Below are positions 51,201 to 63,100 of a DNA stretch of 64,000 nucleotides, piece after piece. The position numbers were made by a program, and so were the translations under genes. The stretch is from contig LSRY02000027.1 in the NCBI GenBank assembly GCA_001643675.2, positions 620,001 through 684,000 on the forward strand, read 5' to 3'. The notes beneath the pieces were generated by a model. That model searched no databases, had not been told where the DNA came from, and worked only from the letters and a program-made list of their open reading frames with translations. Source of the stretch: Monocercomonoides exilis PA203 (lineage: Eukaryota > Protista > Preaxostyla). How positions within the stretch are numbered: position 1 is the stretch's first letter; every line of letters begins with the position of its first letter.

Positions 51201-53526
51201 ATTTTTCAATGACGGCTCCGCTTCCATAATTTTTTGTAATATCATTAAAAGTGCATTTATCGAAAACAATTGAAGCATTTTCCCATTGGAAAAGCGAAGA
51301 ATCAGCTAATGTAAAACTTGAAATGTTTACTAAGTTAAGAGTTACAATTCCTGATTGCAAAATAAAAACAGATCTTGTGTGAATATTTGTTGGATTATCC
51401 GTTCCGATAAAACAATTGATAATACTCAAATTTGAACCGCCAACATTTATAAAGCTGTTTTTTGAGTTACACTTGAAAGTGAGGTTATATAAATTGAGAA
51501 CTCCATTTGACAATTTCATCATAGGATCAAAGCTTGATGCAACTGTTTTCTGTGATAAGCTCGAATTTACATTAATGAATTTGCTATTTATCTCAACTGA
51601 TTGTAATTCATTTGTGTCAGATTTTAAAACAATCGGATATGCTGCTGAATTGCTCCATCGCTGTGAAGTCACATATGCAACAGTCTTGCAAGGTGAATTT
51701 TCGTATCCGCATGTTGAATTATCTGCTCCTGTGCTTTCAACATAAAAGGTATCCATAACTTCTTCTGTTTTATTAAAATCCTTAATATCGTCCACGATTT
51801 CTTCTTTGTCTTCTTCTCTTTTATCCTCATTTTGTGTAAGCCAATCTCTCCAGTCAGCATTTACGTAATCATCACAGTAAACTGAAAAAGATTTATCGTA
51901 TGGTTTCCCGTTGTATTTGCTGGATATTGAGTAAGACTCATTATCAAATGGACTAATGCTCCATCCCTTGCTACACCACAATGTGAAATCTCGTGCACCA
52001 TTATTATCAGGATCAGTTGCAATATTATCCCGAAATCTGCATTCAAAAAATATCTTTTGGTTTGTTTCGCTGTCATTGGATGCTTCATAAAAAAAACCTC
52101 CACCATCACTTGCACTACAATTAATCCACCATGTACTAATTGCAGATACTCTTTGACTGTTGATATAGTTGTAAATCACTCCTCCTCCATATCCCATTTC
52201 ACCTGCTTTGCAATTTGAAAAAACGCAATAGTTTACTCCTTCGTTTTCTTCTTCGTTTTTTTTCTGTAATGAATATATTTCGTCAGCTGCTGTCCATTCA
52301 GCTCCACCTCCATCATTGGAGCTGCAATTAATAAAATAGCATTCAGACCACACACAAAAAAGTGCAATGGTAAAAGAAGTCCCTCCTCCTGAAAAAGAAG
52401 AAGTACAGTATTTCACTATCATTTGAGTAAACAAAGCACGCTTCACATTCTCACATTTCATTCCTCCACCAGATTCGTTTGCTGAGCAGCCTTCTAATTG
52501 GCCTTGAGTCACTTCAAAAACTGTATCAAAATCACTGGAACAAAATATTCCTCCTCCTTTATTTCCGCAAGAACAATTTATTAGATATGTGTAATTTAAT
52601 AGTAAAAAATTTGCATTCATACTGTAAATTGCCCCACCATTATCAGATGAATGACAGTTATTAAATGTGCAATTTTTAATTTTCAAATTAGCAGCTGCAT
52701 TTAAATATATAGCTCCACCAGAATTGCCAGTGCAGTTATTCCACACACAATCTTCAAATGTTTTGTCTTCAGTGATAATCTCTCTTGTTTTTTGTTCGCT
52801 GTTTGGTGTTTCAGCAGGCTTGAAGCGTCGGCAGTAATCAAATGAACAGTTATAAGATGAAAAAGAAGTTGAGCGATCGTTTATAGATCTTAAAATACTT
52901 CCATCCAGAACATCATTAACATGGTTAAATGAGCATCCACTTATTAGAATTGAAGAAGAATCTGAAGAAATGGGAGTATGCTTAACATCTTTATAATAAG
53001 ATATATTTGAAAAAAAGCATTGTCCAACTACAGCTGTTTCGATATTATTTGAGAAAAAATAAGGTGCGGAAGCTACTTGAAAAGAAGAAAATGATGATGA
53101 AATAATATTTATGCACCCGAAATGCAAATTTGATGGAAGTGGAAAAGAATGCGTAATAAGAGAATTGCAAATATTAGATGATGAATCAAAATGAAGTGAA
53201 TCATTAATTAAACTTAGAAAGCCTCCAGAACATAAAAATACACTCTGTGTTCTAACTAAAAGTTCAACAACTGAATTCTCCAAAAAAAATGAAGATAAGT
53301 TGTCAATAAAAACAGAGTTATCAGGGAAGTTATGTAGAAGCTTTGAATTTTCAATTCTAATGGTAGAGTTCTCAATTTTAATTATTGACGAAATGCAGCT
53401 ATAATTACCAAAATTAGTGCTAAAAGGTTCGTTATATTTGAGAAGGTTTATTGAATTGTCGTGATAAACTGCTTCTAAATCTGATGATAAAAAGCATAAG
53501 AAAAAAATTAAAAATTTCGTAATCAT
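36202..53526 (-). CDS. Giant (~5775 aa) type-I surface protein: Pmp-like Cys-rich modular ectodomain (12 modules), TM helix and acidic/poly-Lys cytoplasmic tail; interrupted by three 1-bp frameshifts
   Basis: ATG at 53526 (MITKFLIFFLCFLSS, signal peptide). Repeated GGAIY/GGGIY and FxxN motifs, and twelve G-x-D-x3-CG-x5-C motifs. TM FPWWIILIVIGALVIVTVIVAVVIA at ~37918-37992. Track ORFs 48907..53529, 48563..48967, 47514..48665 and 36202..47616 join if one C is restored at each of 48923-48927, 48651-48653 and 47602-47604. Confidence 0.88.
46463..51031. repeat. Coding tandem repeat, 1050-bp unit (350 aa), ~4.35 copies, essentially identical
   Basis: Identical shadow ORFs recur at 46679, 47728, 48777, 49826 and 50876 (spacing 1049, 1049, 1049, 1050). 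The only differences I saw are three C-run deletions. Confidence 0.97.
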
Positions 53527-53773
53527 CAATTTTTAACTCATGTTATGGCATTGATCTTTTTATTCTCAAATTAATGATAAATATGTTCAATGCTTTAATT
53601 GAGTGAACAAAATCAAAAAAAAATTAATTATCTGGCATCAAATTGATGTTTTTATTTTAAATCATAATCATCGAATTAAGCCGGATTATTTACAAATTGA
53701 AGAGAAAAAAGAAGCTTTCAGATAATTAATCAACTATTAAATTTTGTGATGAAATGATTAAGCGCTTCTCAGT

Positions 53774-54473
53774 TTAACTGAGAGATGAATTATTAAATGT
53801 TTCTTTTTCACTTTCCTTAGTTATGGGAACTTTTTCGTTAAAAGATTCATTAAATAATTCGTTGATGGTATACATTGGCTCGTCTGCACCTTCAACATCT
53901 TTTTTTGATGCCTTCACAATTTGACGATCAAATACTTCCTTGTAAATGAAAAGCAAAATGATCTATAAAAATGATTAAAGGTAAATACTTAACTTGTATT
54001 TAACTATTTAAAGAACTCAAACATTCGATATTTCAAGGAAGAGAGCCGCAAAAAGATAGCTCAGTCCTAAGCCCAGTGGTACTTGAGCAACAAGCAATCC
54101 CACTCCATGAAAGAATTCTGCCACACCTGCGGAAGAAGCGAGAAAAGACGATATAAGTCCAAGAAATAGAATAAGCGTGTATGGATATTTCCTGAAATAT
54201 TAGATATGATTTATAAAGTTGAGTAATTTTTCTCTAATGTTGCATACAGAAGCCAAAACATAATTAAGGAAGATGTTGCAGATAAAGACATTGCAAAAAC
54301 AGAAAAATTCCCGCCAAAAATCAATGGTGTAATTGTTGTTACTGAAAAAATCATTGCAACAATTGATGATGCCACTGCATCTGATTTTACCTTATCATCC
54401 CACTAAAAATGTTGGATTCCTCTTATATTAACAGCGAATAAAAAATTTTTAACATAACTTTAAAAGTGTTCAT
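53774..54473 (-). CDS. Small multi-pass membrane protein, hypothetical (~170 aa), 4 exons
   Basis: Exons 54473-54459, 54402-54248, 54191-54023 and 53938-53774 splice in frame: MNTFKWDDKVKSDAVASSIVAMIFSVTTITPLIFGG...TLILFLGLISSFLASSAG...VPLGLGLSYLFAALFLE. About four hydrophobic stretches. Confidence 0.6.
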
Positions 54474-54651
54474 CCAAAATACAAATCAGCAAAAAAAGAA
54501 AAATATCTTTGCAAATTAATGCTAAATAGATTTATACATACATCGAAATACAGTTGCGAAATGTTAGCTTTTTTGAATAAACAATACTGTAAAAATTTCA
54601 GAAAATAATAAATTATGGGTAGAAAGTTTAGATATTCTGCTTATTTTATTG

Positions 54652-55207
54652 ATGTCCACAGACTATTCTACGGAAGGCGGCCATAGATCAGATGAACTTA
54701 GACATTTAACCCGCACATATTCTTTGGGGGCAAAAATCGGAAATTGGTATTTAAGTACTGAATAGTGTAATTGCTTTTGTTATTGAATTATTTATTGCTA
54801 TAGGTTTGAAGATTATGCATTGAAGGATTATGATGTTACGCCAACATCTGATGTGTGTTTTTCATGAGTTTTACAATCACTTTTTTGTTTTTTTTACCTG
54901 ATTTTTATTTTTTTAGGATCCAGCTTTTAAAACAATGTACAAAGAGCAAACACAATATGTTGCAGAACGCTCTGGAAGGACAATGGATAGAACTTTTCAA
55001 CATGCAACTGCTTATGAACCTTTTCCTGAATCAGAAATGCGTTCTGCTTATCGTTCTCCCAAAGAACAAACTGCCCGTTCATTCAAGGGTCAAAGGAGTT
55101 TTACGACTGACAAATCGGCATATGACCACTACGTTACTCGGTGGACAAGAGGGCCAACTGGAGAGACGCAAACTCAGGTGGTGCATAGAGACTTTCGAAA
55201 AAAATGA
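54652..55207 (+). CDS. Probable flagellar microtubule inner protein with a GNW motif (CFAP107/CFAP95/CFAP68-like), 3 exons
   Basis: Exons 54652-54746, 54804-54852 and 54917-55207 give RTYSLGAKIGNWFED, followed by FKTMYKEQ and SEMRSAY short helical motifs. Confidence 0.7.
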
Positions 55208-55366
55208 ATGCTGATGATATAATTTTTTACAAAAAAATCAGGAAAAAAATTGTGAAGAAAATTAAAGCATTGCTAATATTTGCAATTTATTGTTTTTTAG
55301 AAAGTTTATTTTTTTCGTTATGAGCATTAATAATTCAAATTTAACATTAACTTTCAGTTTTCAATG

Positions 55367-57024
55367 TTATTGAGTTTTCTTTCTTGCTTCAGCTTCTTTC
55401 TGATAATGATGAATAAAAATGATGTTGAATAAAGCAAATTCATCGAGAATAAGCATTAATTGCATAAAATGAAAGTTTTGAAAAAAGCAAACTTTCCTTC
55501 TTTCTTTATCTGCAGCAATATTCGCCCGAACCCTAGCAAGTTCCTGTTGTTCAAATCGTTTTTGGCGAAGACGTTCCTAAAAGCAGACGGAGTAATTTCA
55601 TTATGTGAATATGGAACCATCACAATTGTGTGCAGGAGTCATAAGATAATTGTTCGTTCATTGAATGATGATCACGTTTTCATAAAAGGTCACGTTGAAT
55701 AAAAAGAAAGAAAAAGCAAATATCAGTTTTCTACATAATTGTATGTACTTAATAAAATAAATACTTCTCTTTGAAGGCGCAGCTGTGTCATTTCGTGTTT
55801 TTCCTTTTCCTGTGACAACTGTTTTCCCATTTGAATTCTGCGTCGTTCTCGTTCAAGTTCGTCCTAACACACACGAGAAATATGAATAAAATAATTAATA
55901 AATAATAAGGATCATTGAATAACAGAATAATGCTAATGTGAAATTAATACCTGTTTTTCTTTTTCCGCAATTCGCTTCCGCGCCTCTTCCTGCATTTTTC
56001 TTGCCCTAAATCAAGATGAAAAAAGAAAAAAAATGCAATTAATTGCAGGTTCAAAAATATAGAAAAAAAAGGAAAATTTAGAAAAATAAAGGCTTTACAA
56101 AATTTTGTTCAGATGAGATTTTTCAAGGGGAAAAAAATGTGACTTTTCATGCGCATATAAGAAATCTTTCACGAAATATCTCGCATTCACTTCAATTGCA
56201 TTTTTCTTTTACACACTTTGCTTTAATTTCTTCGGCCGTCATTCTATTTTGAACTCCGCCTTGTGGTGTTTCATTCATAATCGCATTAATTGCAGCTTCG
56301 TCTTCGGGGCTAAGTTCCTGTCCTCCAGCTTTTGTATTAGCAAATCCATTTCAATGTCATTTTTTTTCCGGACCATTAGAAATAATGATGAAAGAGAAAA
56401 TGAATAAAATTCAATAAAAAATGTTTTGTTTTAATTTTCTCTCTTTTTTTGCGAGATTATGTAAGATGACACACCAATACTAACTTTTCCTTTCTGACTT
56501 GCCAAAAAGCTCTTCAGCTGTTCGAAGCCTTCTCCATTCATTTCAAATGTTGGTGTCTGGCCTACTTCTTCTGACGCTTTTGTTGCTGAAGCATCGTTTT
56601 CTTTGCACTCAGCAGCTCCATCAGCAGCTTGAATGGTCTTTTCTTCTTCTTTGCTTTCAGATGCTTCCTCTTCTTTGCTTGAATCTTGTTCTTTCTCGTT
56701 CTGTAAATTATCATCTGTGCTTTTTGCCTTTGACTTTGGTATAATATTGACAAGATCATCTGGATCGTATCCAGAATCTAAAAAGAAGCAAATGGTAAAG
56801 GAAATATGATTCGCGTGGTGATAATCTAAAAAATATTACAAACCAATTAAATCAAGAAGTTTTTTACTTAATGCAGATTTCTCGCCTTCAGTTTTTGGCT
56901 TTGAAGTTAAATCTATTTGATCTAAAGATACTTTTGGTACTGGTTTTGGTGAAGAAATTTGTTTTGTTTGTTTTTGTTCTTTAGGTTGGACAGGGATTGG
57001 AGTTAATGGAACAGAAAAGTCCAT
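55367..57024 (-). CDS. Multi-exon coiled-coil protein with a UBXN1-like charged coil; no UBX domain seen
   Basis: Starts MDFSVPLTPIP. Later exons encode MTAEEIKAK, ARKMQEEARKRIAEKEK, DELERERRRIQMGKQL, ERLRQKRFEQQELARVRANIAADKERRK and KEAEARKKTQ* (TAA at 55369-55367). Confidence 0.62.
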
Positions 57025-57558
57025 TTCACCAAGAGCACCAAATTGAAAAATCCTACAAGAAATATAAAACATAAATACAAATTCGTAAAAGAACAAACCA
57101 ATCAAGAGCAGATTGAAGATTAGGCTTGTCCAGAGCAGCTCTAAGAAAAAATGAAATTTTCGGAAAAACTATAAATAAAAAAGTCAATATGCGAAAAATA
57201 CTCAACAGTTTCCTGAAAAGTGTTAATTCCATAAATTTTAATTCGTTATTTAAACTTAATTGTATGTGACATACAGGAGGCAAAAGAAGTGTCGAAAGAG
57301 AGCGTCTAAGCTGTGCTCGCCTAAAATTTTCTTGCTCTGAATTTTTATCTTCTTTTTGTTCTTTTAAATTAATAGAAATAATATATATAAAAATATTCTA
57401 CATACTCGACAAATCACTGTTATCTTGCATTTTAACTTTTAATTAAGGGTGATATTTTTGGATTGTCTTTTATTAAATGTAATGTGAGTTGTATATCAGA
57501 TTCTAATTTATTTATTTTCACCTTCAAAAATTAAATAAATAAAGGTTCAATAAAATAG

Positions 57559-59152
57559 ATGGGGTGTTGCGCAAGTGAGAACAATCAGCAAAGTTATGAT
57601 CATCATACAAAGGAAATAACAATTTTACTACTTGGTTTAGATAATGCTGGGAAATCTTCGGTTTTGAATGCGTTTAAAGGAAGTTTGTTGTGTTTGAAGT
57701 ATTTATTTTAAAGGAATTATTTCGATATTATGAGAAAGATTTTCTTGAAACAAAGCCAACCTGGGGCTATAACTTTACAAAAATTATGTTTGACGATTTT
57801 ATAATTAAGTTGACTGATGTTGGCGGTGGAAAAAATATAAGAGCTATTTGGCCAAATTATTTTTTTGCTGCTGACGGAGTAATGTTCATTATGGATAGTA
57901 CAGACGATGAAAGATTTGATGAAGTGAAAGATACTATTTTTTCATTATTTAAAGAGCAGTATATTTTGGGAAAGCCGATGCTATTGTTTGTTGCTTTTTT
58001 TTTTTTCAAATGCGCTAAAGGCATATTGCAAAATCTTTTTTAAGTTGCGCAAACAAAAGAGATATAAAAGGATCTCTTCCGCTTGAAGTTATTTATTCTA
58101 GACTTTCGCTTGAGGATCTTCAACTTTCATCGGAACTTTTTCAAATGTTACCAACATTTGCACTTCGAAAAAGCTGCTCTGTGCTTGCACAAAATTCTTC
58201 AAATGAAAAATGTGTTGTTTCAAAGCAAATTCATCCTTCCCCTTTCTCTTCGTTGCAAACTAAAACTCCTGGTCAAACACCATTGTTTCAATCTGATTAT
58301 GGATCATCATCTGATGATATGTCCTTCAACGCTGCTACAAACTCCCGAGGGCACTCTCCTCTTTCATTAACAATCGCAAATTATTCCCAACACACCCCAA
58401 CAGAATACACGGCTTCAATGGGTGTCTCAGCCAACGCATCAGAAGTTGAATCAGCAGAGCATCAGCAAGTCCTGTCTTCTTTGTCTGATCCACTGGCAAC
58501 TCCAGAGCCAATTGTCAGAGGGCTGTTTCCTTCACCTGTTCATCCCTCTGCGCAAAATGCATCTTTTGTGCACGTTAAGTCGACTGAATCAACTGTAGCT
58601 TCGTCTTCTTTGCGCTCTTCATCATTTGAGAAGTCTGCAAACAACAAAGCTGTTGGGGAAAATGGTGATGCTTGTCAATGCAAAGGAGCGGAAGAGTCAG
58701 ACGTGTGTCTGTCCACGCCTCAGTCATCGTCATCTCAGACGTCTGTTGCAGCAGCGCCAACTGAAACTCCTCAGACAGAAGAAAGAAAAAAGCAGAGCAT
58801 AGAAACATTTGAAGGAAATGATGAAGGTGTCTGTGGAATGGCTTGCTCTGATGAAATTGATGCCGCAAGCACTCCATTTCCGGATACGATGAGGTTTACA
58901 TCGTCTGCGTTCTCTTCGTACACGACGTTGTATTCAAGCATTTCTGATGAAGATGCTTTCCAGTCAGAGGCAAAGAAGGCTGACGGTGAAAGATGTAAGC
59001 CTAATGACATGGATGAGATGCTTTGGCAAGGGATGAAGTGGCTGGTCGGTGCAATTGCATCGAAGATGGAGAGGAGCGGGAAAGGGGAGGAGGGAGAAAG
59101 GGGGGAAAGGGGAGAAGGAAATGGAGTGAATGGGAAACGAAGCACAGAATGA
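57559..59152 (+). CDS. ARL13: ARL13-like ARF-family small GTPase with a ~280-aa insertion before the last helix, 3 exons
   Basis: MGCC N-terminus; G1 GLDNAGKS; G2 PTWG; G3 DVGGGKNIRAIWPNY, where Gly replaces the catalytic Gln (ARL13 hallmark); G4 NKRD; terminal helix DEMLWQGMKWLV. Introns 57683-57738 and 57986-58044. Confidence 0.85.
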
Positions 59153-60002
59153 AGGAACAGATAAATGGAGTTAATTAAAGATTCTAATGAGCAAAGATGT
59201 ACTATTATTGAAGAAATTGTTGTTATTCGAGTAATAAATGGCTGGAAAAGTAAAGAAGATGGAAATTGTGTCCATTCGATAGAGGTTGTCAATGACAACT
59301 GTACTGAAAATGAAGCGTAACTGAAACCTTTGAAGAAATCAACACCCAGAAGATGTTAGTCTCAGTTCAAGATGAAGAAATCTGAATCAAATGTGATTGT
59401 TCAAAAAAGAAGAAGATGATGATGATGATGAAGGAAAAAAGATTGCTTTTCTGAAAAGTATTTTATGAGCATTTGTTATTTTGATGGAGTATATTTGTGG
59501 CTTATGGAGTCCATATTTTGGTTGTTTTTGAGTTTTTTCAATCAGATGAATGCTTTTCATAGTGTATTTATATTCAAACTATATTTAGTTGGCATTTCAT
59601 GTATTTTATTAATAAAGCAATTTTTTTCAAATTAATTCAATCATTTCAGCTCAACTGAAAAGGAAAAGAAAAAATTAAAATTAAAATTAAAATTAAAATT
59701 AAAAGTACTTTATTTTATTACTATTTGTCATGAAATGATGAAGAGCTTCGAAATATCTGAATGGCAGATATTGCTTTAAAAAAACAAAAACTTTTTAAGC
59801 AAAAGCACATGAAATGACTAATCCGACCGCTTAACAACAAAGTAACTCTTTGCATATCTTTCAGCTCAACCAGCAGCCTCAAGCAAAAATGAAGTGTGTA
59901 TGTGAAAGATGGAATGGAAAAAAAGGAAAGAAGAAAAAAAAAAAATACTCTTTTTCTTAATCCTTTCTCCAATTTCTAACATTTCTCTATTTCAAATTTA
60001 TA

Positions 60003-60140
60003 AAAGGAAAAAAAAAAGAAAGAAAGAAAAGAAAAAAAGAAAAAAAGAAAAAAGAAAAAAAGAAAAAAGAAAAAAAGAAAAAAGAAAAAAGAAAAAAGAA
60101 AAATGAAAAATGAAAAAAGAAAAATGAAAAAAGAAAAATG
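60003..60140. repeat. A-rich simple repeat, mainly (GAAAAAA)n
   Basis: Tandem heptamers immediately 3' of the USP gene (U-rich on its sense strand). Confidence 0.9.
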
Positions 60141-60157
60141 AATCAAGAGGAAAGCGT

Positions 60158-63100
60158 TCATTGGCTTTTGGCAGCTGATTCTTGTGGTACTTGCTCGTAG
60201 AACAGAATGTAGGCCTCTGCCTTGTTCACTTCTGTCATATTCACTGGATACACAACAGAGTCTGAGGCATACAACCACTCAGGCTGGTAATATGATGCAT
60301 GAGGGGTAAAACAGTGAGGGAAAATTTAGTTTAAAAGAAAGACATATTCAAAAAAAATAAATGAATAATAAAACAAATAAATAATCAAATAATCAAATAA
60401 ATATAAATATGAATATAAAAACATGAATAATTTCAATTCCATTGTGATATTTGTCAACACACTGGTGAAGCACCACATCTGCGTGTGTATGAAGTGTAGT
60501 GCCCTCCATTCAGAGAGCCGCTGTGGCAGACAACACCAAACAGCGAATAAAGAGAGCTTCCGCCAAGCTTAGCTGATGGAGATGAGGATGGAGATAAAGA
60601 AGATGAGGGAGATGGAGAAGAAGAAGGAGAAGAAGAAGGAGATTGATATGGAGATGGAGATGGAGAAGGAGGAGAAGCAGAAGGAGAAAAAGAAGAATTA
60701 GAAGAAGACTCACCAGAAGAGCCAAGTTGCGACTGCAATGCACCAGATCCTTCATCTTTCACACCTCCACATCCATCTTCTTTCCCCAAGCATTCATCAG
60801 CGTCTGGCTCATCTTCATCCACACCCACGCCTTTTCCCAGAACATCGTCCATTCCTCGCCACCTCCACTGCTCGAGATTCAGTATCAGAGGAAACTCAAT
60901 CACACCCCCAACTTTCGCCAGCGCCTGCGTCTTGTGCTTCCCTTTCTTCCCTTTCTGCCACAAGTAGTCATCATAGTCATATCCACTCCCCCCATGTTTA
61001 TTCCCCCGTGTCGAATACTCCTTCGGATTGTGTCTTCCTCTCGTCTTTCCTCTCCTCCCACCCAGCAGCCTCCCTGCAAAGCGCTTCAGGTGCAATACAA
61101 GCACCTGAGGAAACGTCAGAATGCGCCAGCACATCAGCGCTGGCCGGCGGACTGGGCGGAGCGAGTGGAGAAGAGTGGCGTATTGCTGGGTGAGTTGTGA
61201 AGGTTGTGAAGGTTGTGAAGGTTGAGTGGATTGAGAATGGGAAGAAGAAGATGAGGATGAAGGGGAAGACGATTGTGACTGTGATTGTGATTGTGATTTG
61301 GATTGAGTTTGTGATTGGTTGGCGGCTGAAATGGTTAGATCAGTCATTTCTTCAGCGATTTTGTCCACTGAGTCAGTTGTTTGTTCACTTTGATTCATGT
61401 TTCCTTTGCTTTTCTCTTCCTCCTTTTCCTTTTCCTCTTCTTTCTCTCTTTCTCTCCTCTCCCTCTCAACCAGCTCCTTCCTCACAGCCTCTGCCAGTCT
61501 GCGTGTGCATCTCTCGCAGATTGGCGTGTCTTCGCCTTCAATCCGCTCAAAAGAGAAGAAGCGCCTTAGAGCCACTTCGATCGACGGACAGACACCAGAA
61601 AAGAGAGGAACCGGGGGAAGAGGAGGGAGAGCTGAGGATGAAGAAGAAGAGGAAAGAGAAGAAGAAGATGATGATGATGATGATGATGATGATGGAAATG
61701 GAGGTGTTGTTGATGTGGCTGAGGAAGTTGTTACTTCGTTTGTTTTTTTCCCTTCTTCTTCTTCTTTTGCATCTGCTGTCTGTTCTTGTGTCTGTGCATT
61801 TTCTTCTTTCTCTTTGTTTTCTGTATCAGATAATTCTTCTTCTTTTTCATCCTCTTCTTCTCCTTCTTCTCTTTTCTCTTTCTTCTCTTTCTTCTTCTCT
61901 TCTTGTTCGTCTGCTTTCATTTTCCTTTCCTTCTTCTCTTTCTCTTTCTCTCTTCTTCTTCTGTTTCGTTCCGCTTTCTTCTCCTTTTTGGATTTGTGTG
62001 TGTTTCTTTTATTTTGAACAACATCTTTTTTTTCTTCCTTTTCTGTTGAAGATTCATCATCTTCGTCTTTCTCTCTCCCTTTCTCTTTACCTTCGTCTTC
62101 ATTTTCGTCGTTATCTTCTTTGTCATTGTCTTCTTCTCCTTCTTTCTTCTCTTTTTCTTCATTTTCCTTCTTTTCGCATTCCTCCTCTTTCTCTTCTTCT
62201 TTCTCTTCCTCCTTCTCCTTTTCAGCATTTTTGTCTTTTCTTTGACTTCCTCCATTCTTCTTCTTGTTCCTCAGCTTTCTCAGCTCTTCATTCCTCTTCC
62301 TTCTCTCCTTCTTCTCTCTCTCTTTCCTCTCCTGCTGCTCCTTCTGCTTCCTCACCCTCTCTTCTTTCATCTTCTCCCTCTTCTCCTTCTCCTCTTTCTT
62401 CGCTCTCCAATACTCCAACAGCCTCTGCTGCTCTTCAAACTCTGCATCCATCGCCAGCTCTGCTTCTGTCAGCTGCAAATTCACTTCTTCATCGAATTTC
62501 TCTTCTCCTTCGCCTTCTTTTTCTTCCTTTTCTTCTTTTTCTGATTCTTTTTCTGATTCTTCTCCTTCCTTTCCTTCCTTTCCTTCTTCTTCTTTTGCAT
62601 CTCCTTCTTCTCCTTCTTTTTCATCTGTTCCATTTTCTGCTGTTGTCTTCTTTTCCTTCTCCTTCTTCTCTTTCTCCTTTTTCTCTTTCTCTTTCTCTTT
62701 CTCCTTCTTCCTCTCCTTCACTTCCTCTCCCTCTCTCTGCACACTCCCCACACGCTGCCAGATAGGAGGCACCAAAGGAAGAGACAGGTTGTAAAAAGAA
62801 GCCACACTTTTTGTGACGTTGTGGCAGACAGAACAGACACGCATGCTGATCAGCTCTCCTCTGAATGTGCTGTCAACTATCGTCGGATGCTGCAGCTGGT
62901 GCGACAAAACGAGGTGTTTGCTTCGGCTGCATTTGCGGCTGGACTCGTTGGAATTGGAAGGGTTTTCAATTGAAATGGAATCTTCAGTGTTGTTGGACTT
63001 CTTTGTGCTTCTTTTGCTTTTACGGTGATTTGAAATTTTGCTTTCTATTTCATTATCTTCTTCATTATCTTCCTCTTCCTCCTGTTCCTCTTCTTCCTCA

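Noticed and set aside
59153-59320. Coding-looking stretch after the ARL13 stop (MELIKDSNEQ...)
   Set aside because: Separated from the gene by two in-frame stops, only ~50 codons, and no convincing splice route; treated as 3' UTR.
61197-62794. Long plus-strand Leu/Phe/Ser-rich ORFs (522 aa and others)
   Set aside because: Antisense to the E/K-rich insert of the USP gene.
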